DNA of 64,000 bases from Camelus dromedarius (Eukaryota): assembly GCF_036321535.1 (NCBI RefSeq), contig NC_087437.1, forward strand, positions 59,832,001-59,896,000, given 5' to 3'. Position numbers and translations under genes: made by a program. Position 1 is the stretch's first letter, and each line of letters opens with the position of its first letter. Positions 50,312-63,619 of this stretch are shown here, in pieces. The notes beneath the pieces were generated by a model, which had not been told where the DNA came from, ran no database searches, and saw only the letters and a list, made by a program, of their open reading frames with translations.

Positions 50312-53300
50312 AAAAAGTGACTGCTCAAGACTAGACAGTGAGACAGATGTGGAAAAGATGCAAAGGCCCAAAGTGCTGAGGACCAAAGGGGATTCTGAGA
50401 AGCTGGAGTGAAGAACACACATACATACACAGATCTGTAAGGGTGTCCTCCAATTTGAAAACTGTGGAACACATAGAGAACACACATACACACAACCTAC
50501 ACGGCAAACACTCCTGGTACACACACGGAGGGAGCGTGTGCCCCAAGGAGCACTCTGAATGCCTGGCTGGGGAGGACCGAGCAGGTCATGGAGCCCCATG
50601 CCCTCTCTGAATAGCTGGGGGAACTGAGGCCAGGAAAGAACTGGAGTTGGACTACCAAGGTGTCACCACGAGGTGACTTTCATCAAATCAACTCATTTCT
50701 CCAGGCCTCATACTGTCCATCTGTAAAACTGGGGTTTTAATTCCTGGTTAAGTCACGGAATTGTTAGGAGGCTTAAAATAGATCATAGATCTACTCAACC
50801 ACCTTCACCAATCCCTGCTCCCTCCAGGCACCTGGGATGCACACAACCTCCTGTGGATTACATGGTCACACAGTAAAGAACGATGTGATGCCCTGTTACA
50901 GCCCAGAGCTGACAAGTGGCCAGACCCCATGCCTCCGGCCAGTGCACAATCTTTTCCCCCTAACTGGGCACTAGTTTTCCCCTGGGGGGAGGTAGGAGAG
51001 ATAGCCATTGGTGATCTGGACAGCTCGGTGTGGGGGGAGGGTGTCCCTAGATAGCAAAGCTTGGGAACCAGTGATTTAGGGACATCTGACCTGAAGAAAC
51101 ACCAACATGAAGTCATTACCATCAGCAGCAGCAGCCACAGCAAAACTCAGTGTTCATTCAATATTTTCCCACGCTGACCTCTCCCCACAATAGCCCTAGA
51201 ACCAAGGTTAAAAGGGTAAAATTATCCCCACTTTACAGATGAGGAAACTTAGGCTGAAAGGGGAAATTGAGGCAAAACTGAATTTTCTCTACTTACTCCA
51301 AAACCCCAGGAACAGGTCTGGGGCAGAGCTGTCCCTCAAATTTTGGCTGATTGACTCAAGCAGAGAGAATCTTCTGCAAATGTGAACCCTCCCCACACTG
51401 TATCTGAGGCCAGGCCTGAAGGGGAAGCCGACACCTGAGAACACAGCCAGGTGTTTTCCGAGCCAGGAAAGCGTAGGGATGTCCCTGGTGTGCACCCGCT
51501 GAGAGTCAGGGGCCCTCGGTCACATCCTTGCTCAGTCAGGCTCTGTGACCCCAAGAAAAATATCTGCCCCTCTCTGTGCCTCAATTACTTTGTCTGAAAA
51601 ATGGGATCATGATTGCTGCTGGGCACCCCTGCCACAGGTGGACATGAACATGCTCTATAAAACTGAAAGGTTGTGACTGATGGAGATTTTGTCCTCAGAC
51701 AGGTAGAGGACACCCTCTTCCTCATCTCAGATGCCCCCTCCCCAGCATGGCCCAAACAGAGCAGTCATAATGACAATCCCCACACCCCAAGGATGACCCA
51801 GCCTGAGTCCTTCAGGCACACAGAGCAGTCCAGATGCCAGTGCTACCAGCACAGCTCATAGCCAGTGACCCCGGGAATTCTGAGCCCAGAGGTACCAATG
51901 CCCCAATCATAGGCAGAGTTAGAAGAGGCTGCCACAACTCAAACCCACCCCTCCTCCATGCAAAAACAGGATTGTGCAGAGCTTCACTCCTCAACTACAG
52001 GCAGGGAAACCAACAGAAACACAAAGTACCTGGGAACATGACCCCAAAACAGACACAGACCAGGGTGAGCAGCTCTGTGTAGGTATATAAACACCCTGTC
52101 TCCCATGGAGCTGGTTTTGCCCAAGGCTCATCAAGAAGTCAGTCAATTGAAAGTTTTTAAACCCTCGACCCAAGAGAAGCCAGGGTAAAAACAGCCAGCT
52201 GCCCAGGTTAGCCTACAGAAGCCAAGTAGATGCACAGGGCGGCTAAAGCCAAGCTGCGTCATGAAGGCCTGGGTTCCTAGACTCACGGAGTCTAGGAAGG
52301 AAAGTACTAGGTGGGGAAGCAGAGTTTCCTTGATCTTTCCAGGAGTCCAACCTCATCAAGGTCTAATCAGGCAGCTGGCCTCCCTCCTCCCAACCTCCTT
52401 CTGCCTGGACTCAGGGGTTTCTCAAGACAAGCCTGAGCCTATCTCCAAAAGACCCCAGGAGTGCACTAGGCTCCAAAATCCTTTTTCCCTCCTTCCCTCG
52501 ACTTCATTTATTTGTCATTATTTAACATATTATTCATCTCATTTCCGTGGGTCATCTATTTCTATACAGTGTTCAGAGGAAAGCAATCGGCCTGGGGGCT
52601 AATTCACACTAAAGTGCAAAGGACTGACAGACACAAGGTTCCATGGCAGGAATATCTGCACTTGTTTTACAGGGGTTGATGGGCTCAGAGTGAAGAATCC
52701 CTGCTCTGCCTACTCTCATAAGTTCTTCACTTCATTTTGTTCTTGAGCCACAGAGTTGCTAAAAGGTGAAGTTAGTTTATAACTGTTCCCATGGCAGCCA
52801 GCATAACGATTGCTGCAGCCCCTGGGCTCTCAGGAAAAGAGGGAGGCTGTGCAAAAGCTGGGATGCCTGTGAGGTCTCATTTGGACTGTAGTTCACCTTC
52901 TGTATGAGACATGCTTGGTCTACACGTGTGCATACACACACACTCTCTCTCCAGGTTTGCTTCTGCTTGAGGCCAGGTCTTCTGCAGAGACCTGTGAGTC
53001 TCCCACAGCCTGCACAGCTGATGGACACTCAGTAAAGATATGCAGCTGGACCCCAACATCTCCCCCTGCAATCCACTCCCAGTCTCAGTTCCTCCCTGCC
53101 AAAATGCTCACAGAGGCTCTGTCTCCTGTATTCAGAGCCAGCTCTTTGACCTGGCATCTGAGCTCCCACAGCACAAGCCAATCTCCCCCAGCCATCTTCT
53201 CTTTCAGTGCTTCCCAGCATGTGCCCTAGTATGTTTGTCAAAAAAGGTGGTGTGCTGTTTCCCAAACAATCTCCACACTCTTCCTAACTGCCTGACCTGC

Positions 53301-54559
53301 TCACCTCACCACCTGTTTCCGCACAATGAAATTTTACCCATCCTTCAAAGCCCATCTCAAGTACCACCTCCCTCATAAAGCCCTCCTCTTTCCTGTGATT
53401 CATCCTCTTCTGAACATTCAGCACTGTGTGGATCTCCCTTGTGGCCTTCGTGACGTTCTGCCTAATTGCTGGACCATGCCACCCATCTTACCACTGTGAG
53501 CCCAAGAAGCAGCAAACATCTCTAGGACACCCAGAGTGCCCAGCACCATGTCATGTAAACCCCAGACCCTTGGCAAAGATGTCTATTGGCAAAGGGTTGA
53601 ACACAGGATAGGACAGCATACCAGGAAAGTCTCCCGGGGCCTCTGGCCAGCCTTACCCACTGCTGACTGTCTTCGCACATGCCTTCCCTGCCTAGGGGGA
53701 CCCCCCACCACAAGCATGAACCAGGCACCATGGCTCAGCCTCTGTAAGGGCTGTTTTTATGGCCCGTGTCTCTACGCCAGAGCCAAGAGCTCTGTGGAGC
53801 CATGTGACACAGGAGAGGGAAGCTGCTCTCTGCTCCCTCCAGCTCCACTTGGGCAAAATATTTTCTTTTCCATTGCATAAGATGCTCCCAATGGCAACAA
53901 GCCCAACACCATCGACAGGAGGAGATAAAAGCCCCGCACGTGTGAGTGAGGAGCGAAGAGAGGCTGTGTGTCTGCGTGGGACCCATGCGCAGGCAAGCAC
54001 CCATGAGCAGCACGACCAGCCAGCCAGCCAGCCCCATGTGACCCCTCCAACAAGCCACAGAAGAAAAAACAAAATCAGAGCCAGCGTGTTTCACCAGCAA
54101 GGCCCCTTCATTCCTCTCTGCAGACTTGGTCTGAGCAGTGCTGCTCCAAGGGGGACAGTCAGGGCAAAATACACAGGGTTACCTATTGCCCGCCCATGCC
54201 AGCCAGGCCCCTTCTACAGGGCTGCAGCGAGGGGCCCGGAGAGGAGAGGAGGCCAGGCTTTGGAAGCCTCGAGGGGCCGTGCGGGTATGAGAGGCCAGCA
54301 CTCAGTCCTCACCATCAGAACGAGCGGGGACCAAGGCCCTGGAAACCAAGGGGTTGGGGGTGTTCAGAACTAGAACTCAGAGAAGTGGCCTGCCCTCAGC
54401 TCCTCGCTTCCTCCCCTGTCAATTAGGGACAGCAGCTGAGGTCCCTCTGAGAGGTCAGTCATCCATGGGCTTAGAAAACTGTACAGAACCTCACACGTGC
54501 AGGCTGAGACACTGGGGCCGGGGCGGGGGTACTTGACACAGGTTGGCTTTGTAAGGGTC

Positions 54560-55090
54560 ACCTCTGGCCCACTAATTCCACCTGTGGGGAGCTAGCCTAA
54601 GGAAATAATCCCAATTAGAGAAAATATTCTTGATGCATGAGGATATTCACCACAGTGTAATTTATGATCATAGAGAAAAATAACAACTAGGTGCTGAGAA
54701 CATGGAAATGATAAAGTGAACTAAGGTTCATCTACTCAATGGAATCATTCAAAGAATTTTCAAGGACTGTGATTACACAGAAAATGGTGATGAGTGACAT
54801 TAACCGAAGAAGTCACAATACAGATTTACTTGTACCATTTCTTTCATTTCTGAGCTTAGATGAAGGTTCAATTTCATTTTCTGCTGTATAAAAAAAGACT
54901 CAAAATGCATTAAATATATAGTAAAACTCTGACTTTGCTTAAATCTTTAAAAAGCTATGTGCTGGGAAATATTAGAAGATAATCAGAGAATTATTTGGTC
55001 GTGATGTCTATGTAGTAGTAAAGGGATACATTCATTTCTATTTTAACATAGTTTTCAGGGTTTTTTTTTTTTTAATGAATGGTGTCACTT
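54560..55090 (+). mobile_element. Very old L1 (L1ME-like) 3' fragment
   Basis: aattccacctgtgggagctagcctaaggaaataatc, ggatattcaccacagtgtaattt, catctactcaatggaat. Confidence 0.55.
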
Positions 55091-57961
55091 TTCAAATAGC
55101 AAAAGAGGTAAATATATTGTAAAGGTCGTGTGGGTACAGAAGGGTGACACTTAGGCTTCAGAAGGGAGAGGGCCGGAGAGAAATAACCTGAATTTTGGGG
55201 GCAAACACCAGACAGGACCTCCTGAGACAGAATTCAGGGGAACACATGCTTTTCTAAGCCAGCGTTCCTGGCAAGACCAAGGGTTTATGATCCAACCACG
55301 CCCATTCTCACTTTCCCGGAGAAAGAAGAACACTGTGAAAGAAACAAAACAAACCAAAATAGCATGAATGCAGCAATTACACAAGAACAAAACCATCAAC
55401 AAAGCACAAAACAATAGCAATTTATATGATTTAAAACAACAAACACAAAAAAGGCAGCAATAAAGAGCCATGACAAATGCAAGACAGCACTAGTGGTGCT
55501 GGAAAACAAAGCATCCTTCCAAAAGCTGCAGGAATTCCGAAAGCCTCTGGTGCTGCCCCAGTGCTGCGCAGCAGCAGGTCTGCACGGCAGGAGCCCCCAG
55601 ACTCCATGGAACTGCAGCATCGCTCTTTCTATTTTATGATTGCCAAACCTTACGACTCCTAACAACACCCTTCTTAGGAAGCGGACTTCAGGCAGATGTA
55701 AAAATGAATCTCGAGCAGCGTATCATCATTCGCCTAAAGAACCCAACAAGAGAGTCCATGTCTGGGTCAGCCCATCCCAAACAGCTCCTCCCCCACCTCC
55801 TGACGCAGGCCCCTCAGAGCCCGTGGGCCACCTGGAGGGACACTCACAACCTGATCGCCTGCATGAACGTCAAAGCTCAGGCCAAAGCCTCTTCTCTGCA
55901 GACAAGGCCCGGGCGCAAGGCCAGGCTACCAGGCAGGGCAGTCAGGGAGACGGAGGGATGGCGGCCTGGGGTCCCTAAGTCCTGTCATCTGCACTGACTG
56001 CTCACTACCTGGTCCTCCCCAGTGCTGTGAAGCAGAAGTCCCTTCTCTGCCCTGACAATCCCGTCCCTCTGGGTGCCCCAAAGCATAACCTGGCCTAGAG
56101 TTTAGCATACGATGGGCAGAGACCTACCAGCTGAAGCACGGAGGAGAGAAAGGAAGGCCAGGGCCACCCCCTCCCAGACCTCCTACCGTCCTTTGCCACC
56201 TTTTCTGTCACAGAACTTCATTCAAGGCCAATCGTGCATGCGGGACAACAGGACTGGTCTGGCCCTTAAGGCCCATCTAGTCGAGACATTTCAAAGTGCC
56301 AGCGTAACCACAAAACCTTTTGACCAAGTAGAATCCTGCTCCAAAGCCTGATCTACAGAGTGATCAGGGATTGCTAGGAGTGAGGTGAGGATGGGAGAGG
56401 AAGGGTAAGGGGAGAACCCCTCTTCCCTCCGCTCCCCGGAACTAGAGAAACCCACAAGGGGATTCCTGTAACCCTGGACTCTTCACGAGATCAGCCCCCT
56501 CGTTCCTGGGTGGGGAAATTGAGGCCGCAGCAAAGGCACCCGAGGCGAGCGGCAGAGCTGGGACTAGCACTCATGTGTGTCTCCTCTAGAATCCAGGACA
56601 GCAGGAACCGCAGCCCCCTCCGGCCTGAGTACCCACACACCTGCCCAAGCCTGCCTGGAGAGACCACCCCTGTCCACCAGAAGGGACAGAAATAACTGCT
56701 GTTCACTCAGTTCCTCAGTCGGCTCTCACGTGTAACCCCCGGGACTGGTGGGGCAAATTGGGGAGCAGACAGAGCTGCACCTGGTTTCTGTGCACAATCA
56801 CAAATGCCAGCTCTCCTCCCTGTGCCCTTTGGGTGAGCTCGCCCCTGCTCTCCTTCAGACCCCTGCTCACTGAAGCTCCCCGAGTCCTTGCCTCACAGCT
56901 ATGAGAACATTCAGAAGCCTCCGTGGTGCAGGAACTCGCCCTGTGGAGGCAAGGTCCCAGCCAGAATGGATGGGCTAGATTCTCCTGTGGAATGACAACC
57001 TGCCAGCAGGAACCCAGCTTCAACCTCTAACTCCTGAATTCCTGCCTCGCCAGGTCCCTTCAAACAGCGATGCTCTGACTCCTCTTCCACTCCTTGCCCT
57101 GCAAGGCCCTTCCACCAAACAGCCTGGCCATCCCCTAGGCGGGTAGGTTCTGCCTGGTCTGGGAATTGCTGGAAACACAACTGCTTACAGTTTGGATAGC
57201 TGCTACCCCGAGATCCCGAACTCCCTTCCTCACCCCTAAAATGTTCAGGTCGTGGTTTACCTTGGCCAGAAACCAGGGGGCTTGGGCAATATTCAGGGCT
57301 CCAGAATCAATCAAGGACCATTTGGAGGAGAAGAATGCAGAAGCATGAGACACCACACAAATGAAACTCCCCTCCCCCAAGGCTTCTGGTCCAAGGATGA
57401 CCTGCCGGCACTTCCACACAAGGCCAGCTTATCACAGACCAGACAATCACAGCTCTTCTGCCTGGGAGGGACCAGAAAATACTTTAATTGCACATCAGAG
57501 TCTCAAAAGAAAAGTCCTATTCAGTCATAATTTGCATCTCTCACATCTAGATTTGATATTTCAAAGTCAGATAAGTAGAGGTTCAAACCGGAAAGAGCAG
57601 GATCACAGTTTGGGATGGAGGGTCACCTAGTTCAACCTGCCATTTTACAAATGAGTCCCAGAGAAGGATGTGTGCAAGGAGCAGAGTCAGGGCTGGAGCC
57701 CAGATGCTCTGATCCAGGGACGCCACACCACGTAACTCACACCATGTCCTCGTGAATGGGTCCCAGGGCCATGTCCTGGAGTCTCTGTGCAGGAAGCTCT
57801 GCACACAGGGGCCTCGGCTGGCCTGCTCGCCCTCACCCTCTCCCATCCCCTCGTGTTAAAGTGCAGCTCTTCTCTCCGACATGGGGCACCAGCAGTACTG
57901 GAGCCAGGAAAATGGACGCAAAGTCACAACCAGGGGGCTATTGGCACACAGACCAGGTTAC

Positions 57962-58109
57962 CTTTGGGCATGATCTGATGCATGGCGACCGAGAGAAAGA
58001 AGATGGAGTCGCTGTAGTAGGTCCCAGAGCCGGCACTGAAGTGCTTCTGCATGGCCTCCACAACGGGGAAGAGCCTGTCTGTCAGCACGCCGACGTCGTG
58101 GAAGACGAC
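57962..58109 (-). CDS. XXYLT1: XXYLT1 internal coding exon (exon 2 equivalent), xyloside xylosyltransferase 1, GT8 family
   Basis: Translates to VVFHDVGVLTDRLFPVVEAMQKHFSAGSGTYYSDSIFFLSVAMHQIMPK+G, recognised as mammalian XXYLT1. Canonical acceptor (ccacttcccacgccctcctgcAG|GTC) and donor (AAAG|GTaacc). 148 nt, phase 0 to phase 1. Confidence 0.96.
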
Positions 58110-58145
58110 CTGCAGGAGGGCGTGGGAAGTGGCAAGAGTGAGCAC
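58110..58145 (-). promoter_or_regulatory. XXYLT1: 3' splice site, polypyrimidine tract and likely branch point of the XXYLT1 exon
   Basis: Minus strand reads gtgCTCACtcttgccacttcccacgccctcctgcAG; the CTCAC branch-point-like motif lies ~30 nt upstream of the exon. Confidence 0.75.
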
Positions 58146-58849
58146 ACCCCACCGGGCACCCAGCACACGCGTGCCGCAGAAGGGACAGACACTGCCTCTC
58201 CAGGCCACATGAGCGGGGGGCCCCACGAGCATGGGACTTGGAATCCCTAAGAGCTAAGGAAATGGGGAAGCAGTGGGGAGTCAGTGGAGGCTGGCTATGG
58301 GGACGGGGATGCCGCAAGTGAGGGGGTGCAGGCAGGCATGTGGGGTGTAGTGGAAGGGGCGGGGGAGCCAGGACAGGGAATGGGAGCAGTCCCTAGTCTT
58401 CCTTCTGCTTCTGAACTTCAAACCGGGCCACCCTGAAGTTGGCTCTAAGCCCAGTGACTGGAAACCAGGTTAAAGGGTCTGGTCCTGAAGTCAGGATGCT
58501 CAGCAACTCTGGGAGGCCGGCAGCACTGGCCCCAACATCGCCCAGAGGCTACTACACATGTTCCACAGGCTCCACCTCCCTCCTCCAACAGCGTGACAGT
58601 GACAGGGTCTGGCCACTAGAAAAGGGGACACGGAAAATGCCTGGTGCTGCAGTAGACTCGTCCATTGACTCAACTAGCATCTCTGGAGTGTCTCAGACAC
58701 TGTGAAGGTGCTGGGAGAGGTATAAGGAATAATGAGGCACCACTTTCCTTAAAATACTCAAGAGTCTAGAGATGTCACCAGCTGCTGAACAGAGCTCTGC
58801 AGTTTATGGAACACTCTCACATACACATAGATCCCCATGACAACCTGGG

Positions 58850-59010
58850 CTTCAGCAGGCAGACATCATGATTATGGCTCCAAATTGCAAATGAGAAAGC
58901 GGGTGCTCAGAGAGGTTACAGTGCCCAAGGTCACATAGCTAATACATGGCAGACTCAGAACTTGAACCCTGGTCTCTGACTCCAAGTCCCATGCTCCTTC
59001 CACTGTGCGT
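58850..59010. mobile_element. MIR (one of many copies; others near 200, 1750, 3400, 8400, 11330, 19900, 20400, 21270, 26200-26420, 33200, 37600, 50700, 60720, 63150)
   Basis: MIR core: aaatgagaaa...gctcagagaggttacagtgcccaaggtcacatagcta...cagaacttgaaccctggtctctgactccaa. Confidence 0.8.
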
Positions 59011-62000
59011 GCTTCCTCTTTCCTTCACAGCTACCAGTGGAGAGGAACAGCAGCACGACCAGCAATTAGAGGAGACAAGAGCCCCTAATGGGTTCCTTGC
59101 TTGACATTCCTCCAGGTTATAAGCCCATCCCACAAGGAGCCCCAGCCTTGTACAAGATACCAAATCGCCATGGCTCTGCTCACATACAGCTTGTAAGTTT
59201 TCCCTGTTATGTGCCCCACAACATCTAGCACACTCCACTGCACACAAGAGGCGCTCAATAATTGCACTCAGGCCAGAAGCCCTGATGTCCTTCCTCCGAC
59301 CCTCACAAGAGACCTGCTGATGACCTTCCACCTACCCTTCCCTGGTGGCTACCAGGACAGGACGAGCCTGTGAGGTGGCCACGTGCGATCAGCCACCACC
59401 ACCCCAACTCCAGGGCCAAGAACCTGCCTGGACAGGGTGCCCACGGTGCAAGGGGGCCACGCGAAGCCCCTACACTGTCAGTGGCCCCACCTGCAGAAGT
59501 CCCAAAGCAGAGAGGCTCTGTTTTGTCACTTCCTCCCACCTTTCCCCCGATTCTGCCCAGGTCTCTCCCAGGCCCCACCCCACAGTGTCACCAACCAGCA
59601 TGCACTCCCAGAGCTGGGGGTCCTCAGACGGCAGGAATCATCACCTCTTGGCCCTTCAGCGGCCAGCCGCCCTGTCTGCTCTTCCCTACCTTACATTCTG
59701 CTTTTGGCCAGAAACCCGTTTTTGTCTTAACCCACTTAAGTGTTTGCTTTTATTCTCAGATCCACTTAAATTTCTAAAACACTATTAAACTTAAAAAAAG
59801 AACTGTATATTGTGTTAGTCCTCATCATTCCTTAACTGTAACTCTTTAAATTTTTTTTATCTCTTCATAAAAGTCTTTTTACAATTTAACATTTCTCTTC
59901 TAATGTCCTATTTTCCTTAATCCTTTTTCTGACTGCTTTTTCTCTTTGACTTTTCCTTTTTTGTGACCTCTCAACCTGGGGTGGGGCATCCTGACCAGTT
60001 CTGCTGTTTCCCAGCACAGATACGAAATTACACCTTTCACCTCCTGCACCCCACATGCTTTGCTCACTGACATCCTGGCCGCACGGGCATCACAAACCCC
60101 ACAGTCTTCCCCACCTCCTGCCTTGCCTCCCTCCAAGCCAGCCTCGGTTGTGTCCCTGGAGTAATTTTCCAAATATACAAATTCACTTCTCTCTCTCCTT
60201 GGCTTCAAAACGTCCAGTGGCTCCTCAGTGCCCTGGGTTACAGTCCAAATGCCCTGCAAGGCCCTGCACTTGTGGCTCTGGCTACCCCTCCGCCCTCCCC
60301 TCCCCTGGGGATTGAGCAGAGCTGAACCAGGCAGTCCCCACCCTGCCTGCCATGCCTTGGCGCCCTGCGTCCTTAGGTATTTGTACCTGCTCGTCACACC
60401 ATCTGAAACCCCCTCTGCCAGGCCCCGTCTGCCTGGAAAACACCCATCCAGGCTTCCAACTTTGCTCAGACACCCACTCCAGCCTTCCTACAGTCTCCTA
60501 CAATTCATCACGCCGTCCTGTGCCCCCTGTATCACAAGGAGGGAGGCTCCACTTCCCCACCTGATTCCTCTGCAGGTCCTGTTACTGCATCTGCTGGATG
60601 GGGCCCTCCAGGAGGGCAGAGGCTGTGACTGCTCTGTGTCCTGTGCCCAGCCCCAGGCCATCAGGATAGCCTCATTGAACTAAACAAACTGCATTTCGCA
60701 CAAGTTACTAGACCTCTCTGAGCCTCAACTTCTACGTGGATAACACAGGAATGATGACACCTGCCTCCCAGGTGGCTGTTAGGAGCACCTGGGAGAAGCA
60801 GATAAAATACCTAGCTCGGGGGTTATTCCTAAGTGTTAGCATCCTGCCCCCCACTCCCTCCTCGGTCCCCTGAATGCCCTCTGCTCACTGATCACAGATC
60901 ACTCATGAGCTAGCTTTTCCCTCTGAGCCTCATTACATCTCCAAATGCTTCTGGAAGCTAGAATTTGACAAGAAGCTGGAAGCTGACAAGAGGGCTCTCA
61001 GAAATGAAAGCCTCTGCATTCATTAAAAAGAAAGAGAAAAAATGGATACGTATAACCACACACACACACTCAGAGCAGGGCCTGCCGCAGCCAAGCTGCA
61101 GAGCAGCGGCCAGCTTCTTCCCCTCCCCGGGCCCTCATCTCACCCCGAAGCTTCACAGGAGACAATTACATCCATCAGCATTAATAGATTTATGAGGACA
61201 AACTGTACTAGGTATGTTGTTCCAAGCCCTGTACCATGGCGCCCACTCTGATGAATATTTCATGTAATAAATCTACTTAGAGATAAATTAATATGTTCCA
61301 TGGAATACACTTTCTGCAGCAAGAAGCAAACCACAGACGCTGCAAGGGTGAATCAAAACACCCCGGCCTGCCAGCGTCTACAACACGTGTGCAAACTGCA
61401 GTCTCCTGAGGGCAGGGTTGGAGACTGGCGCTCGCTGAAGCCCCCAGCCCAGCCCAGGGTTTAGTGCTTGGCAGAGGAAGCCAAGCAAGAGTGATGAAAA
61501 GAGAGAAAAAGAGAGGGAGGGGGCAGGGAACATGCCACCCCTCCCTCTGTAGCTCTCCCTTTGCAAATCTCCCACCTCAGGGGCTACAGGAAGGAGTACC
61601 ACGTACCCTGGAAACCCAGGCCTTCAAGGTGACTCCCATATTGAGGGCAACTGACTGCTGAGGCAATCAAAAGAATGGTTTACACCAGTTTGACTATATA
61701 TATTTTTTTAGGGATGAAGCTTAAAAAGCCAAACCATTATTTGTAACTTTTATTAATTATCTTCATATATTTTAAATTAAAAATTCCATTCATTATTATG
61801 TCCCCCCACCCACTTACAGAATGACTTCTTTTTCAGACCCTTCTTGGGCATCCTTTTAAACATTAATGTCCTTATCAACCCCAGAGGCAAGTGGAGTCAT
61901 TCAGAGCAGTTTTCCAGAACGTATCACCCTCCTCATCCATTTGAGATGTTCTAGACACAGCTCCTCATGAATTTGTGTAGGAGGTTGTCACTGGAAATGG

Positions 62001-63619
62001 TATCTATCCTAACCCACAAGAACCCACATTCATATCATTAAGGCAGTTGGTTTTCTCATCAGCCTATAATCAGACATTTGTAGCCACTTTAAAAGGCTCA
62101 TATATCAATAGTCCACACTTAGTAATTACGAGATCAAAATCCCAGAAACAGTGGCTTTTACCTCCTTTTATCTGTAGTGAATTCTGTCAAGAAAATTCTA
62201 GCATTGTAAATTCAGGAATGACTGAAGCCGTTTCAGGCTAAGTGGTCGCGAGCTGTCCTTTGTTGTTCAAAATAACTGAGAGAGCACTGTGCACAATGAC
62301 AGACTCGGAGGGCTCCTCTCTCTTGAAAAGGAGAGTGTGGGGATGCGGGCAGAGGGGAAGCCTGCCTCGTATCCACCAGGCACAGCACATTCTTGACACT
62401 TCCAGGCTGGGGAAGCCAAAGCACCCAGAACAGCAAAGCCTGGTGCCAGGCAGGGGCAGGCGTCTGGCCCCAGCTCGCTGGCATGGATAGGTCCGAACAG
62501 CCAGACCACTGCTCCAATAAACATCCACTGGGGACCTAAGCCACGCCAAACCTTAGCTAACTTGGTGGAGAAAACTCATTTATCACTTGGCATGCCCACT
62601 GGGAGTCAGCTCACACGATGCTCTTGGAGCCAAGAAGGGAGGTGGTGGGGCTGGCCCTGTGCACAGGGAGACACCGGTTTTCCAGGAAACACCCAGGCCT
62701 GCTTGAAAACAGCAGCTCCTCCAGCCGCAGACCAGTGCCTTGGGACGGCCACATGGCGTCCCTGCGCTCAACCGGAGGCTGTCTCCGGGAGAGCTGTGGG
62801 AGAGAAGAGTGACAGCACAAGGCTCTGGGAAGCCTACACAGATCGAACCCCCCAGGTGCACCCCACCATGTGCCGGAATCCACGTACCACAGGAACAGCA
62901 AACAGGTCTCTGCTTTTCCCAAGGGGCTGCCTGGAGCCCTGGGTAGGACAACATCTGGACTCGGCAAGAAAGTGCCCGTGGCAACGTCCACCCGCGGGCT
63001 GGCTCACTCGCCCCATGGAGTCATCACCCCACTCTGTGGACACCAGCTCTGGCTGGAATCACACCTGTGCTGGGCAGTCGGGACCTCCAGAGAGGCAAGG
63101 CCAGGCTGGCGTGGGCAGGTCTGGGTTCAGATGCTAAGTCACCACTTCATCACCTGGCAACCCTGGTCAAAATACCTAAACTACATCGCCTATATAATGG
63201 GAAAAATCAAGGTGCCTGTCTCACAGGATTTTATGAGGAATGTAGCAGGAGCTCAACAAAGGACAGTTAACATCATCACCCCCTCCCAATATAGCCAGAA
63301 TGCCTTTCCCATGCAAGAATACCTAGATTTGATAAAAGAATATGTCCTGTAATAAACACCCCAAGATACAGTAAGGCCATAATCGGAGCTGCCTGGCTCT
63401 GACTAGGAGGGGACCCAGTGCGCCCCACCACAGGCTAGTCAGGCCCCACAAATGCATTCCTCATTTGTGTGATCTCCGTCATTGATTCCAACAAGAGCTG
63501 CAGGAAAAGTGATTTCCTGGAAAAAGGGTTTGTTTTCTCATTGACATGTACTATGAATGTGAAGGCCTATTTTTATGACAGAAAGATAGATCTGCCAACA
63601 GACTGGCAGTCTTTCAATC

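Larger units (their letters stand above)
1..57961 (-). other. XXYLT1: XXYLT1 intron downstream of the exon (continues beyond the window start)
   Basis: Begins at the GT donor (57961-57960). I did not see the next exon (expected ...QLDLDLK... DxD segment) in the window. The orthologous intron is known to be very large. Confidence 0.8.

Noticed and set aside
57924..58232. Full 102-aa ORF as a single-exon protein
   Set aside because: Only 57962-58109 matches XXYLT1 and is bounded by canonical splice sites; the flanking codons are intronic read-through.
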